Shown here: one piece after another, positions 1-12,694 of the stretch | How the letters are laid out: each line of letters begins with the position of its first letter | Numbering within the stretch: the stretch's first letter is position 1 | From: Octopus bimaculoides | Taxonomy: Eukaryota | Assembly (NCBI RefSeq): GCF_001194135.2 | Contig: NC_068989.1 | Coordinates: 68,693,085-68,744,656, forward strand | DNA length: 51,572 bases | Reading direction: 5' to 3' | Program-made: the position numbers and the translations under genes | Notes under the pieces: model-generated | Told to the model about the DNA's origin: nothing | What the model saw: the letters and a program-made list of their open reading frames with translations, nothing else | Databases searched by the model: none

Positions 1-27
1 GTTTGGTTAAATCCAATACCCTCCTCA

Positions 28-68
<41 letters not shown>

Positions 69-292
69 CATACACACATTGGGCTTCTTTCAGTTTTCAT
101 CTACAAAGTCCACTCCCAAAACTTTCCTGTCAGGAACTATTGTATAAAACATTACCCAAGATACTGTGCAGTGGGTCTGAATCCAAAACCATATAATTAG
201 GAAGTCCCCGTTGATCCTAAAGTGGATGGCATAAATGTGCAGGTAGTTTAGCTTGGAGGTTCACATTCTGTGTTAAGCAATGATGTTGTTAG

Positions 293-535
293 TCTTTTTG
301 ATATCAACCCACAAGAGACAGCCTTTGGTTCTATGATAACAAGCTTCCTAAGACTATCTCTAGTTCTCCGATATGAACTTCTTATTTTAAAGTGATCAAA
401 ATTAAAACTTCACATCAAAACTTCATATTAATTTGTATTCCAAATACCTGCTTATTTTACTTAATTCATCATTATTTTCAAAAAATTAATTGAAACAAAG
501 ATATGTATTTCAACAGAAGTGTAATAACCGAAAGT
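293..535 (+). mobile_element. piggyBac-like MITE copy (eroded ends)
   Basis: Shares the internal motifs AAGTGATCAAAATTAAAA, TTAATTTGTATTCCAAA and AATTAATTGAAACAAAG..TATTTCAACAGAA with the other copies. Confidence 0.65.
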
Positions 536-1519
536 ACAACATTGATTTCACCAAATTTCTCAAGAGTAGGTAATTAGATCACAAACAGATATGGCATTTG
601 GAGAAAGCCATAGCTGTCAGGACTGGTGGTCATTAAAGAAAAGAGAGATTTAAAGTGTTGAAGATGGTTGTTAGTTTAACAATCAATATACCTTTCATGT
701 CATCAAGTTAACGGGTGAAAAAAAATTATACAAAAACTCCATATGTTGTCAACTAAGTAGTGAGAAAATGTTAAACATGATATCTGCAAACAAAACATCT
801 CCACATGCTCTGTTAACAGACAATAAAATACAATAGCACTGAACAAACGTTTACATGTGGTGTCAGCTAACAAGAGACAAAATTCTACACTTACTATTAA
901 ATTTACACTCATTTTTTAATTATATATATATTGTATATATTTACATATTCAAAGTAACACTTTAAAAAGGAAATTTATATGCATGATAAAATAACTGATT
1001 AGCAGTTTCTTTATTTAGATACACATAAATCAATTTTTCCTTAATATTCTGTTTATGACTACAAACAGCTTAACTGTCATCACTTGAGAAGGAAGGTAAT
1101 TTACATTATTTCAAAATGAGGCTAGTTTTGTTTGTTCTGTTGAATGTGTGCTTTCCTTTGGGTCTTATGCTGTTATCCTCAACTTTTATACAGTGTCCAA
1201 GGAGTGACAGTATGCATAAAGTAGGTCATTCATGTTTAGTTTAGTTGGCTAACTTGTAATTTCATGACCAACAGGAAGTTGCTGAGGAATAAAGGAAAAA
1301 ATAATGGTTGAAATATATTAGAAAGTTGGTCTTTATTGGTGGGTGGACAAGACTAGTTGTGTCCATGACACTTGAGAGCTGCTTCACTGTCGATGACCCA
1401 CCCACCTGATTAACTCTTTCTCGGATATCATATTCCTCATGAAATACAGTGTGTATCTTTTGATAATTTTTTTTCTTAAATTATTATTATTATTTTTATT
1501 TATTTTTTTTTTAAGTTTG

Positions 1520-1760
1520 GCAAGGCTGTATGATTAAGAAATTCACTTTTCAAGCATATGGGTTTTGGTTCAGTTCCACTGTGCAGCACTTTGACCAAGT
1601 GTCTTTCACTAAGCCTTTGTTTGGTTAACAGAAACTGTAGAAGCCTGTCGTGTGTGTTTGTGTGTTTATGTATATCTTTGTGCTTGACCAAACTTTTCAA
1701 GGCAGTACACCAGTTTGGCTGCAGTCCAACAACTGAAACAAGTAAAACATAAAAAGACAA
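1520..1760 (+). mobile_element. SINE type A1 (internally deleted)
   Basis: Head plus ACTGAAACAAGTAAAA tail. Confidence 0.75.
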
Positions 1761-1987
1761 AAATATATAAAAACAAAACTGCAACAAGATAAAAAAATAT
1801 AAAAATAACTTATAAATCATTTAAATTTTGAAGTGTTTTTATAAACACTCTGCATACTGTTCATGTTATTCTGAAGACCTTGAAAAAACATGAGTGCAAT
1901 ATGAAAACTTAAACAAATATATTTTCTTGTTTAGTATTTGCAGTAAAAGAATCTGAAGTCAGTCCTGAAATTTTATTTCTAGTAAAC

Positions 1988-1988
<1 letters not shown>

Positions 1989-2047
<59 letters not shown>
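1989..2047. repeat. (CA)n microsatellite
   Basis: Perfect CA run. Confidence 0.98.
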
Positions 2048-2050
<3 letters not shown>

Positions 2051-3399
2051 TTTTTTGTTAACCTTGATTTTCTATTCAATTTTATTTGCATTCTCATTAA
2101 ATACTATCAGGTTTGGAGATGGTTTGCTTGTTTAGTTTTTTTTTTTTTTTTTACTTCTAGTGTTTAATGTGTTATGTCAACATTAATTTTCTTTTCTTTC
2201 TCTTTTCTTTTTCTTTAATTTTTCATGAGAAAAATAACCAGGTTTTTAAATTTTAACTAGAGCTGGTTTTATGTTTCAATTCTTTGTCAAGCATCTACAT
2301 ATTTACACAGCTGAGATTTGATAAGGATGTTCCCAATTAAATCAATAAGTTATATACATTTAGGAAGTTCATTTCGAGGACATTTCTCATTGGAAACATT
2401 TTCTGAAAGGAATCTGTGACGTGTTTTAAATAAGTATCATTCCATGAACCTTTAGAACAATCTTCAAATATTTCATTTGAACTCTTGATTTTTGCAATGA
2501 CCTTATCACAAAATATTTTCAAATATTTCCACTTTAACCTTTTGAATACCATCCTGCCTGAGACTCTCCTTGGTTTTATGATACAGATTTCCACTGTTAA
2601 AGTGATTCAAATTAAAAACCTTTCATTCAAAATTTCATGTTAATCTATGTTCCAATCATCAACTTAATAAATAACAAAGGATTAAATTTGTTATCGAGCC
2701 CCTTTATTTTATTTTCTTTAGTCTTCATGGTTTCCACATAGACAAAACAGTTAGTTTCAAGTATGAATAACCATTTTTTACAATAGATATTCTCATAATT
2801 CATGTGCTTATCGTGTTTATATAAGCTCTCTAACACATACTGAATTAAATCAAAATAAATACAAAATTATCAGTTTTTCCCAGCTGGCATATATCTTAAG
2901 TAATACACAGTTTCTGTGCTTTATTGATTCTCTTGTTGATCCTTGTTGGTTTCTAGTTAAGCATAAACATCAATTGTATGGATTAGATGTTAGTGTGAAT
3001 TGGTATCACAGAGACAGGGAACATAGATTTTTTAAAATTCAATTTTGTATTTATTTCTTTGCATTCAAATGTTCTTGAGCAAAACTTAAAACTGTATATT
3101 CCCCAATTTTAACAAAATACTTACCCCACACTTGTCAGAAGATTGTAAATTTTGTTTTTCACTACAGTCCCAATACAAACAGGTGATTTGGCTCATTTAC
3201 TTAATGCTGAAATATTTTTTTTCTTTTAAATAAATGTTAAGAGATAAGTTGTAAATTTTATGAGTGATTTTAGCTTTCAAAGTGAAAGCAAGAACTGGAA
3301 GAATTTTAACTCCACCTTTGCAATCTATTTTATGGTTTTATATTTCTTTTTTAAATACATCCCAAAGTATGTTGGTGCTTCAGAGAATGAAAAAGGACT

Positions 3400-3590
3400 A
3401 TACACATACACACACATATACACACACGCATGTATATTTATATACATGCACACATACACACACACATATATATACATACACACTCACATGTAAATACATA
3501 CACATACATTCATACAAACACTCACATACACATATACACACACGTACACACATGTGCATGCATACACGTATGTGTGTATATGTATATATA
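3400..3590. repeat. Compound CA/TA/TG microsatellite
   Basis: Low-complexity purine-pyrimidine alternation. Confidence 0.95.
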
Positions 3591-3634
3591 TTGTGAGGTA
3601 TTTTAGTCACATATATATTTACTTTTATACTTTC

Positions 3635-4000
3635 ACTCTTTTATCAGTTTCAATTACTGGACTGCTGCCATGCTGGGACACCACATTCAAATGTTTAGTT
3701 GATCATATCAGTCCCAGTTTATGTTTCAGTTCAGTTTGATATTTATTTTATCAATCTCTATTTACCAAGATATAAAGGGCACACAGCATAAACAACCTCA
3801 GTTTTCACATGTAATGCAAACACAATCACAAACATGAATACATATATATGTGTGTGTGTGTGTGTATGAGACCTGCTTTTGCAGTTTCTCTTTGTCCTAT
3901 TCTGCTCATAACATGAAACGCAAAGTTGACTTTGGGATTTGACCTCAGAGTTCAGAAAATGGAAGCAAATACTGTGTAGCATTTTGTCCAGTGCCCTAAT
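3635..4000 (-). mobile_element. SINE type A1 (diverged)
   Basis: Reverse-complement tail (TTTCAATTACTGGACTGCTGCCATGCTGG) and head motifs. Confidence 0.65.
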
Positions 4001-4500
4001 GACCAATACCAATTCACCACCTCTGTGTGTGTGTGTAGTCAGATTGTGTTCCTTCATTACCTGAAATGAGAACTGCAGTTGAAATGACTAACTAAAATAC
4101 TTGAAGGCAGTGACCCTTCAATCATGAATGACCATGGGATTGCATCTAGAAAGTTCCCTTGCAAGGCATAAGTCCCAACAAGGTCGTTTATGGAAGACCA
4201 GCAGTCGCCCATGCATGCCAGTCTCCCTCCTCCATGACACTGATGGAAAGCAAAGGCCAATACAACTAGGCACCAGTGACATCGCAACTCATTTCTACAG
4301 CTGAGTGAACTGGAGCAATGTGAAATAAAGTGTCTTGCTCAAATCTAGTACCAATTATAACAAACAGTGGTCATTCACTTCTCATATTCTTCACAAACAT
4401 TTCTGGTCATGGGGACTATATTACCTTGCTTGGAAACGAGTGAGGGTTAACGACAGGGCAGGCATTGAGCTGTAGAAAATTTGCCGCAATAAAACTCCAT

Positions 4501-4714
4501 CAGGTGGTGAGCTGGCAGAAACATTAGCATGCCGAGCGAAATGCTTAGCGGTATTTCGTCTGTCTTTACATTCTGAGTTTAAATTCTGCCAAGATCAACT
4601 TTGGCTTTCATCCTTTCAGGGTCAATAAATTAAGTACCAGTTGCATACTGGGGTTAATCTAATCAACTGGCCCCCTCCCCCAAAATTTCAGGCCTTGTGC
4701 CTAGGGTAGAAAAG
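4501..4714 (+). mobile_element. SINE type B (Nin/Deu-like central domain), nested in an A2 tail
   Basis: GGTGAGCTGGCAGAA...GAGTTTAAATTC...CTTTCATCCTTTCAGGGTCAATAAATTAAGTACCAG. The 13-bp TSD is AATAAAACTCCAT/AATAAAACTCTAT (4488-4500, 4715-4727). Confidence 0.85.
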
Positions 4715-5553
4715 AATAAAACTCTATCTAATCCATGATGCAAGCATGGAAAGGTAGAAGTTAAACGATGTTCAATTGGTTTTACTTTTTAACATTTCCT
4801 AATCTAGACAGACAGACAGACAAACAAACTGTATTTCCTGACATGACATCTCGTGTTTTTTGTTGGGTTATTTTAGCTTAAATGATATTTATCTTTCCGT
4901 TAGTCACTTCTTTTAATTGTAACTGTTTAAAAAGAGAAAAAAGTATGACGCTGTTTGTTACCCGACTAGTTAGTAATTGGAATTTTCTAAATGCCTATGA
5001 CCGTGGAGTAATTTTTAGTATTTGGCCAGATTCTGATACAACTTGATTTTTGTGAAGTGATGTAGACAGTATTTTCAACTGTTTTAGTGTTCTACTTCAA
5101 ATGTTGATTTGATCTAGACTGTTTACATATACAGGCATGCACAAACATATTCAGTTGTATGCATATGTGTACGTGTAAACACACAGATACAACATGTAAA
5201 CACTAATTTTATGTTCTGTTCACCTAATTTTAGACTATAGCAATTGTTTCCTATTTAGATTTGGTTGATTGTAAGCCTGCATTGGTTTTATTTATATAAC
5301 ATTAAACAAACTTAATAGCTTATGTTAAAGTGTCAATCGCTACTCAAAGCACCCATATACCTCTATATTCATGTTTGTTACATTTCTTTAAAGTATCATA
5401 TACCATAAGACGTTAAGTTTCTGCATTTGCCTATATTCACTAACACAATTCCATTACAATGACCAGGTCATAGTTGTAGAACAAACCTTTTTATAAACAG
5501 TTAACCAAAGAAATTAAATAAAACTGAATATAACAGTATATGAGCATTTTTTG

Positions 5554-5920
5554 CCCTTTTGAGACCAATCTACCTCAGGCTGTCCTTAGTTCTACTTTAC
5601 AAATCCTCTCTTTTACAGTGATTTAATTAAAACTTTCTTTAAAGTTTAATGTTAATTTATGTTACAAGCACCAGTTCAGTAATGACAATAATTCATTATT
5701 TTCAAAATTTATTGAAACAAATGCAGTGTATTTCACCAGACATACATTAACAAAACCGTTAATAATGACAAATATATTTACAAAATTTATTGAAACAAAT
5801 GCTGGATGTTTCATCAGAAATATAGTAACAAAAGGGTTAAAAACAACAAATGTATTTTGATAAATTCCCCTGATATTTTAAAAATTAATTGAAATAAATA
5901 CAGTATATTTCAGCAGAAAT
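5554..5920 (+). mobile_element. piggyBac-like MITE with tandemly reiterated 3' module
   Basis: CCCTTTT at 5554 and AAAAGGGTTAA at 5830-5840. The roughly 80-bp 3' module (AAAATTTATTGAAACAAATGC...CAGA) occurs three times. Confidence 0.65.
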
Positions 5921-6477
5921 TTAAGCAACTTTCATAAGATTCTTTTCTCTTCTTTTCAAAATCATTTCTTTTTGTCCCTCACTCCTAATCTGTAATATAT
6001 ACTTTGTTAATTTTTGTTTCGTACAGCAGAGTCTACTGAAAATGACTGAAATCTTCTCTAAATACCTACTAGGTATCACCATTAGCATCATTTGACTGTT
6101 ATTAACTGATGTTGGCTGTATGAAACCAAAAACGTAAATTCTAAGTTCTAGTTAATTCTCTCTCTCAAACTTATACAGCTAGAGCCTCTATATAATTACT
6201 TAGTATTAAAAATAGCAGCCAAATCTCTCAAATCACACCAACTGTCTTTTTTTTTTTTTAAATAAAAAATAGATATTGGATAATGTCATCTATATTCAAC
6301 TCAAGAAAAGGATTTCATATATACTACATTATGCAGAAATTCCTAAAGTTATATCCTGGGGGAAGAATTGCAATGAAGGTCCATGATTTCAATATAAAAG
6401 AATATAAGTGTGAAAATGTAACATTCAAAGATTATTAGAGAATCATCATTATCATTCATCCTGTTTTAGCACTTCAG

Positions 6478-6698
6478 TTATCATATATATTTCTTTTGAA
6501 ATACACTGCCTTCATTTCAATGAATTTTTAAAATGATGAAAAATTTAGTAAAATAACTTTGTCAGTAGTTTGTTGATGTTTGGAACATAATTAAGCTGGA
6601 ATTTTTGTAGTAAGTTTTAACTTAGATCAGTTTAAAACCAGGAATTTGTGTAATAGAAACAAGGGTGGTCTCAGGTGGGTTGGTATCAAAAGAGTTTA
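6478..6698 (-). mobile_element. piggyBac-like MITE copy
   Basis: Reverse-complement match to the family; ends GGTATCAAAAGAGTTTAA. Confidence 0.65.
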
Positions 6699-6931
6699 AA
6701 AAAACTGGTGTGTTTGACATAGCTATCCTCCCACTAGCATTTTTAAGGCTCCTTAAGCAACACTATTTTCCTATCCACTACACACATCTCATTCAGATTT
6801 TCCTGTCAGTTGCCCAATTATTCTTAGTTGGCAGCCAGCATTTCAAGATGAATTTATGGCCCCAGTTAAGTGTAACAGATGCCAACTCCTCACCCACATA
6901 CCCACTCACCCATATCTAGGATATCCTTTAG

Positions 6932-7048
6932 CAACTGACCACAAATCTAGCAGACACTTTGGTGTTTTGCATAACACTATTCCTATCAATAACAGCACCT
7001 GAGAGTTTGAGAGATCTGTCAGAGAATAAACTAATTGAAGCATACAAG
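6932..7048 (+). CDS. Candidate internal exon, product unknown
   Basis: 117 nt, phase 0-0, open: QLTTNLADTLVFCITLFLSITAPESLRDLSENKLIEAYK. Acceptor CCTTTAG and strong donor AAG|GTGAGG, in apparently unique sequence. Confidence 0.3.
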
Positions 7049-7196
7049 GTGAGGTTAATAGTCCAATTAATCTTTACTACTAATCTTTCATATCCTACTA
7101 AATAAATGACATATTTAAAGTAGCTTGTCTGACTACTTAATTAGGTCCAATATTGCTTCTGAGCAATGTAGAGGATTCATACCTAATTATTAAGGT

Positions 7197-7200
<4 letters not shown>

Positions 7201-7284
<84 letters not shown>

Positions 7285-7316
7285 TACACATACACATACA
7301 CACACACATACACATA
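7201..7316. repeat. (CT)n followed by (CATACA)n microsatellite
   Basis: Read directly from the sequence. Confidence 0.97.
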
Positions 7317-7864
7317 GTGTGAAGAGATTTCATTAAAAAGGTCTTCTAAACTAGGTCATCTTTCAAAGGCTGTTCTTTCTTTGAAAACTGTTGCCATGCT
7401 GCTACTGAAATAGATAAACAACAAATATATGAAACTGATAAAATAGTTAACATCTATAAAAATCGTAATCTGTTTACATTGCCACGGGATTAATAGTGTC
7501 TTTCTTTAATGTTATCTATTGTAAAGACTTGAGCATAAATACATATCATATTGGGATTTTTCTATCTTGGTGACTATAAATATCAGCTGTCAAGTAATCT
7601 AGTTCTTCTGACATTAGTTGATAAATTTCAAATACATGTCTCATGTTTTATTTAGTCAAATATCTTTCACATAGACTCGCATGACCTTGTCACTTTACAG
7701 TCATAAGAGAAAAATGAAACGAGAAATACGGTGACTATAGTACAGTGGAGGCCTTTTAGTATAATTTTGGATAATATTATCAAACAGTTATCATCAAAAT
7801 TAGTAGTTCCCAAGCTTAACCAGGATGTTGTTATATTCTCTGCTTAATGTTATCAACCAGTTAA

Positions 7865-8372
7865 CCCTTTTGAATCCAACCTGTCTGAAATCACCTATGG
7901 TTCTACAATATGAACGCCTAGAGATCACCCTTGGTCCATGATACAAACTATTTGAGACATTCCTGAGTCTATGATACAAACTAACTGTTAAGGTGATCCA
8001 AATTAAAATGTTCCATCACAATTTCATGTTAATTTATGCTCTGAACATGTTTTATACTGACAAAGCTATATTCTAAATTTTCCATTATTTACAAAATTGA
8101 CTTAACCCCTTTTGTTACCAAATTTTTGCTCAAATCCACTACTTTTGTTTCAATTAGTTTTGAAAATATTGGATAATGTAGTAAAATTACTGCATTGTCA
8201 TTATTAATCAGGCATTTGGAATATAAATTAAAATGAAATTTCAATGGCGGGTTTTAATTTGGATCACTTTAAAACAAGAAAGTTGTCTCATAAACCAAGG
8301 GTCGTCTCACACAAGTCGGTTTTAAAAGGGTTAAAGGCAGCATATTTCAACAGAAATATGGGAACAAAAGCA
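7865..8372 (+). mobile_element. piggyBac-like TTAA MITE, outer copy (interrupted by a second copy)
   Basis: Starts TTAA-CCCTTT at 7861. The family 3' end (AGGCAGCATATTTCAACAGAAATATGGGAACAAAAGCA-TTAA) resumes at 8335 after the insert. Confidence 0.75.
8106..8330 (-). mobile_element. piggyBac-like TTAA MITE, inner nested copy
   Basis: TTAA-CCCCTTTT ... AAAAGGG-TTAA, with TTAA at 8102-8105 and 8331-8334. Orientation is opposite to the host copy. Confidence 0.8.
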
Positions 8373-8479
8373 TTAATGGCTCCCTCTCCAAGTAATCACA
8401 ATAAGCAGCTTTTACTATTGAAATAGTTAAAATGTGCCTTAAAAAAAAAAAAAATTATGATCATAAAGTTACTGAAATA

Positions 8480-8875
8480 CCTCATTAAAGTATTAAGACA
8501 AGTTAATTACCAAGTGAATACCTTCATAAGGTCCCAAAATCTATACACTCCCCTCTTACTCCTTTTATAATTAAACCTACACAATGAAAGGTTGACATAG
8601 GTTATTGTTTAACTCTTATAGTATTAATACAAGTTGATCAGCAAACCTACTACACTCGCCCCTTCTTTCATGTCTTCATAATTAAATCAACAAAGTGTAG
8701 AAGTGTTGAAATAGGTTATTATTTAATCCTCGTTAAAGCATTAACACTAGTTGATTAGTAAGGGGATACCTTCATTAGTACCGAAAACCTGCAACACACT
8801 CTCTTTTGATGTTTTGTTGATTAAATCAACACAGTAGAAGGTTGCTAATAGGTTTTCTTTAACCTTTGGTCCTTA
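8480..8875. repeat. Degenerate tandem repeat, 114-137 bp period, about 3 units
   Basis: The anchor ATAGGTT recurs at 8597, 8711 and 8848 with homologous flanks (ATTAAA.C.ACA..A...GAAGG.TG). Confidence 0.7.
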
Positions 8876-9180
8876 CTGAGCTGATTTTTTATCAAAGGTA
8901 TTCTGGTTACAACTTTCCTGGGGTAGGTGAGGTTGACATTTTCATTCTAGGACGACATTATCTAATGGGTTCTTCTGCAAATCACACAGGATCCTTTTAC
9001 CCAGAAGATTTTGCTGCTAGTTTGAGCTGGTCAAACAATTACATCGAAGTTTTTTTGGTTGGTTTGGGTTTTTGCTTGAGTCACTCAGTTGATCTTAATT
9101 TGAGCTGTAGACATTTAGCACAAATTTTTGTATATCCTCAAAGCTTCATGAAAATTTTCTGTGTAATATACAAAGTATAG
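8866..9180 (+). CDS. 104-codon open frame in non-repetitive-looking DNA; may contain an exon
   Basis: Internal acceptor TTTTCATTCTAG at 8950, then GRHYLMGSSANHTGSFYPEDFAASLSWSNNYIEVFL. No homologue recognised. Confidence 0.15.
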   Translation: MVLTELIFYQRYSGYNFPGVGEVDIFILGRHYLMGSSANHTGSFYPEDFAASLSWSNNYIEVFLVGLGFCLSHSVDLNLSCRHLAQIFVYPQSFMKIFCVIYKV

Positions 9181-9269
9181 AGGACTCTATCTTAACTTTT
9201 AAAGCATGGAATTAAGACATCACTCCTCTCTGCAAATAAAATGGTTCTAATTCTAATACAAGTTTCTCT

Positions 9270-9570
9270 GTGCTAGAATATTATTAACACTCTGTCGGTT
9301 ATGACGACAAGGCTTCTGGTTGACCTAATCAATGGAGCAGCCTGCATATGAAATTAACGTGCAAATGGCTGAAGACTCCACAGACACATGTGCCCTTAAC
9401 ATTGTTCTCAGGGAGATCCAGTGTGACACGGGATGTGACAAGGCTGGCCCTTTGAATTTATAGATGCTACTTGTTTTTGCCAGCTGAGTGGACTGGAGCA
9501 ACATGAAATAAAGTATCTTGCTAAAGGACACAACACGCCACCAGTAATCGAACTCATGACCTTATGGTTG
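9270..9570 (-). mobile_element. SINE type C abutting the mariner fragment
   Basis: Reverse-complement match to the 23560 copy. Confidence 0.8.
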
Positions 9571-9756
9571 AAGATGTGAAGGAAGCAGTTCTTAAATGGT
9601 TGCATGGCAGACTGAAAACCTTCTTCTTGGAGGGAATACACAAGCTTGTGGACCACTGGACCAAGTGCATTGAAAAGGAAAGAGACTATGTAAAAAAGTG
9701 ATTCTGTGTAAATACATTAAAAAAAACTGGAGTGCATATAACTTTTGACTCTTCCT

Positions 9757-9759
<3 letters not shown>
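9570..9759 (+). mobile_element. mariner transposon 3' fragment (transposase C-terminus + decayed TIR)
   Basis: 9570-9701 encodes EDVKEAVLKWLHGRLKTFFLEGIHKLVDHWTKCIEKERDYVKK*, a typical mariner C-terminus (GIxKLVxRWxKCIExxGDY). It is followed by a TIR-like TTTTGACTCTTCCTCAT. Confidence 0.85.
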
Positions 9760-9791
<32 letters not shown>

Positions 9792-10756
9792 NNNNNNNNN
9801 NNNNNNNNNNNNNNNNNNNNNNNNNNNNNNNNNNNNNNNNNNNNNNNNNNNNNNNNNNNNNNNNNNNNNNNNNNNNNNNNNNNNNNNNNNNNNNNNNNNN
9901 NNNNNNNNNNNNNNNNNNNNNNNNNNNNNNNNNNNNNNNNNNNNNNNNNNNNNNNNNNNNNNNNNNNNNNNNNNNNNNNNNNNNNNNNNNNNNNNNNNNN
10001 NNNNNNNNNNNNNNNNNNNNNNNNNNNNNNNNNNNNNNNNNNNNNNNNNNNNNNNNNNNNNNNNNNNNNNNNNNNNNNNNNNNNNNNNNNNNNNNNNNNN
10101 NNNNNNNNNNNNNNNNNNNNNNNNNNNNNNNNNNNNNNNNNNNNNNNNNNNNNNNNNNNNNNNNNNNNNNNNNNNNNNNNNNNNNNNNNNNNNNNNNNNN
10201 NNNNNNNNNNNNNNNNNNNNNNNNNNNNNNNNNNNNNNNNNNNNNNNNNNNNNNNNNNNNNNNNNNNNNNNNNNNNNNNNNNNNNNNNNNNNNNNNNNNN
10301 NNNNNNNNNNNNNNNNNNNNNNNNNNNNNNNNNNNNNNNNNNNNNNNNNNNNNNNNNNNNNNNNNNNNNNNNNNNNNNNNNNNNNNNNNNNNNNNNNNNN
10401 NNNNNNNNNNNNNNNNNNNNNNNNNNNNNNNNNNNNNNNNNNNNNNNNNNNNNNNNNNNNNNNNNNNNNNNNNNNNNNNNNNNNNNNNNNNNNNNNNNNN
10501 NNNNNNNNNNNNNNNNNNNNNNNNNNNNNNNNNNNNNNNNNNNNNNNNNNNNNNNNNNNNNNNNNNNNNNNNNNNNNNNNNNNNNNNNNNNNNNNNNNNN
10601 NNNNNNNNNNNNNNNNNNNNNNNNNNNNNNNNNNNNNNNNNNNNNNNNNNNNNNNNNNNNNNNNNNNNNNNNNNNNNNNNNNNNNNNNNNNNNNNNNNNN
10701 NNNNNNNNNNNNNNNNNNNNNNNNNNNNNNNNNNNNNNNNNNNNNNNNNNNNNNNN
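9792..10756. other. Assembly gap (N run)
   Basis: N run following (TG)n. Confidence 1.
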
Positions 10757-11454
10757 AAAGGTATTTTTTCAACCTGATTACACATCTAACACTCAAATAT
10801 TTGTTTAACAGGCTAGTGTTTATTAACCTCATTTTTTTTCATTTTTTTAAATCTTATTTTTTAATAGTTGTTTTGGCCATTTGCCTACCGCCACGTTGGG
10901 GCAATGCCATCTCTATTTTCCCTTTTTTATTTTCATAGTTTTTTGTTATTTTGTTTGTTTTTCATAATCACCACTTGGTTTGGTTAACTTATTACTTGCA
11001 GGAAAAACAAATTTAATATTAAAACATTAATATTTATTTATTTATTTATTCATTTATTTATTTATTAAAGTCTATTTATTTCAGTATTAACTTAGCACTT
11101 CAACTGTTCATTGAATTTTGCAGTTTTAAATTTTCCCTGGATGACTTTCAGATCTATTTTACTAATCCTGAGTATTCTTCCAGTTTCATCTTTCTCAGCT
11201 GAAGTTATTGACATAATTTAATTTAATTAGTATTATATATTTATTTAATTACTTTTGAATCTTCCTTTTCTTGACTATCATTTATCTTCTAAATCTATTC
11301 TGTAGTGCTTCACCAAGAACACAACAGTTATAGCTTAACATTTTTAACTATTTTTGTTACCATTGTTGCAATATATTGCATTTATTTTAATTAATTTTGA
11401 ATATAATGGAAAATTTAGTAAAATAATTTTGATATTATTAAGTTGATATTGAGA

Positions 11455-11920
11455 AGGAGTGGCTGTGTGGTAAATAGCTTGCTTACCAACCATATGGTTC
11501 CAGGTTCAGTCCCAGTGCGTGACACCTTGGGCAAGTGTCTGCTACTATAGCCTCAGGCCGACCAAAGTAAATGTGTGTTGAAATGTGTGGCAGACTGTGT
11601 AAATGTATGCATCAGTGTGTGTACACGTTTGTCTGTATTTAGTTGTCTTTCAAGTGTGTCTTCTTTACTTTTATTGGATTTTGATAGACAGAAACTGAAA
11701 GATGCCCGTCGTATATATATGTGTGTGTTTGTGTGTGTCTGTGTTTGTCACCCCCACCATCGCTTGACAACTGATGTTGGTGTGTTTATGTCCCCGTAAT
11801 TTAGCTGTTTGGCAAAAGTGATCGATAGAATAAGTACCAGGCTTACAAACAATAAGTCCTGGGGTCAATTTGTTCGACTAAAGGTGGTACTCCAGCATGG
11901 CTGCTGAAACATAAAAAGGA
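11455..11920 (+). mobile_element. SINE type A1
   Basis: Colinear with the other A1 copies. Confidence 0.85.
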
Positions 11921-11984
11921 GCATGAAATTTTACTTTAAAATAGGAAGCATGTATCATAGAACCACAGGTGGTCTCAGGTGGAT

Positions 11985-12330
11985 TTATCTTTTACTTTTA
12001 TCAGTCATTGAACCATAGCCATGCTGGGGCACCACCTTGAAGGGTTTTGGTTGAACAAATCAAGCCCAGTTCTTACTTTTTTATTTTTAAGGTTAAGTAC
12101 TTGTTTTGTCAGTCTCTTTTGCTGAACCATTAAGTTAAGGGTATATAAACAAACCAACACTAGCTATATACAATGGACTTCCACACAGTTTCTATTTACC
12201 AAATTCACTCACAAGGCAATTGGTCAGCCCAGGCTATAATAGAAGGCACTTGACCAAAGTGTCACTCAGTGGGACTGAACTCAAAACCACATCATTGCAT
12301 AGCAAGCTTCTTAACCACACAGCCATGCCT
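11985..12330 (-). mobile_element. SINE type A1 (diverged)
   Basis: Reverse-complement match to both head and tail. Confidence 0.8.
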
Positions 12331-12592
12331 GTGTCTATAAAAGGGCCAAACTTTGAAATAATGTTGTTATTTAATGCTTGGATATATAAATGCCTGGGTG
12401 TATAAGTGTGTTGTATGTGAATGTAGGCTTGTGTATGAATCAGGAATTGAAACATGTAGGATTTTAAATTGGTGGTTTATTCAAATTATTGAAGTCTAAC
12501 AATTGTTTACTTTGATAATAACAACAACAACAATAATAATGATAATAATCTGCATAAATAACATTTTGTTTAAAATATTTTATTAACTGTTG

Positions 12593-12694
<102 letters not shown>

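Noticed and set aside
9592-10938. ORFs of 339-397 aa in the supplied track
   Set aside because: They consist of N-gap translation (X) plus microsatellite.
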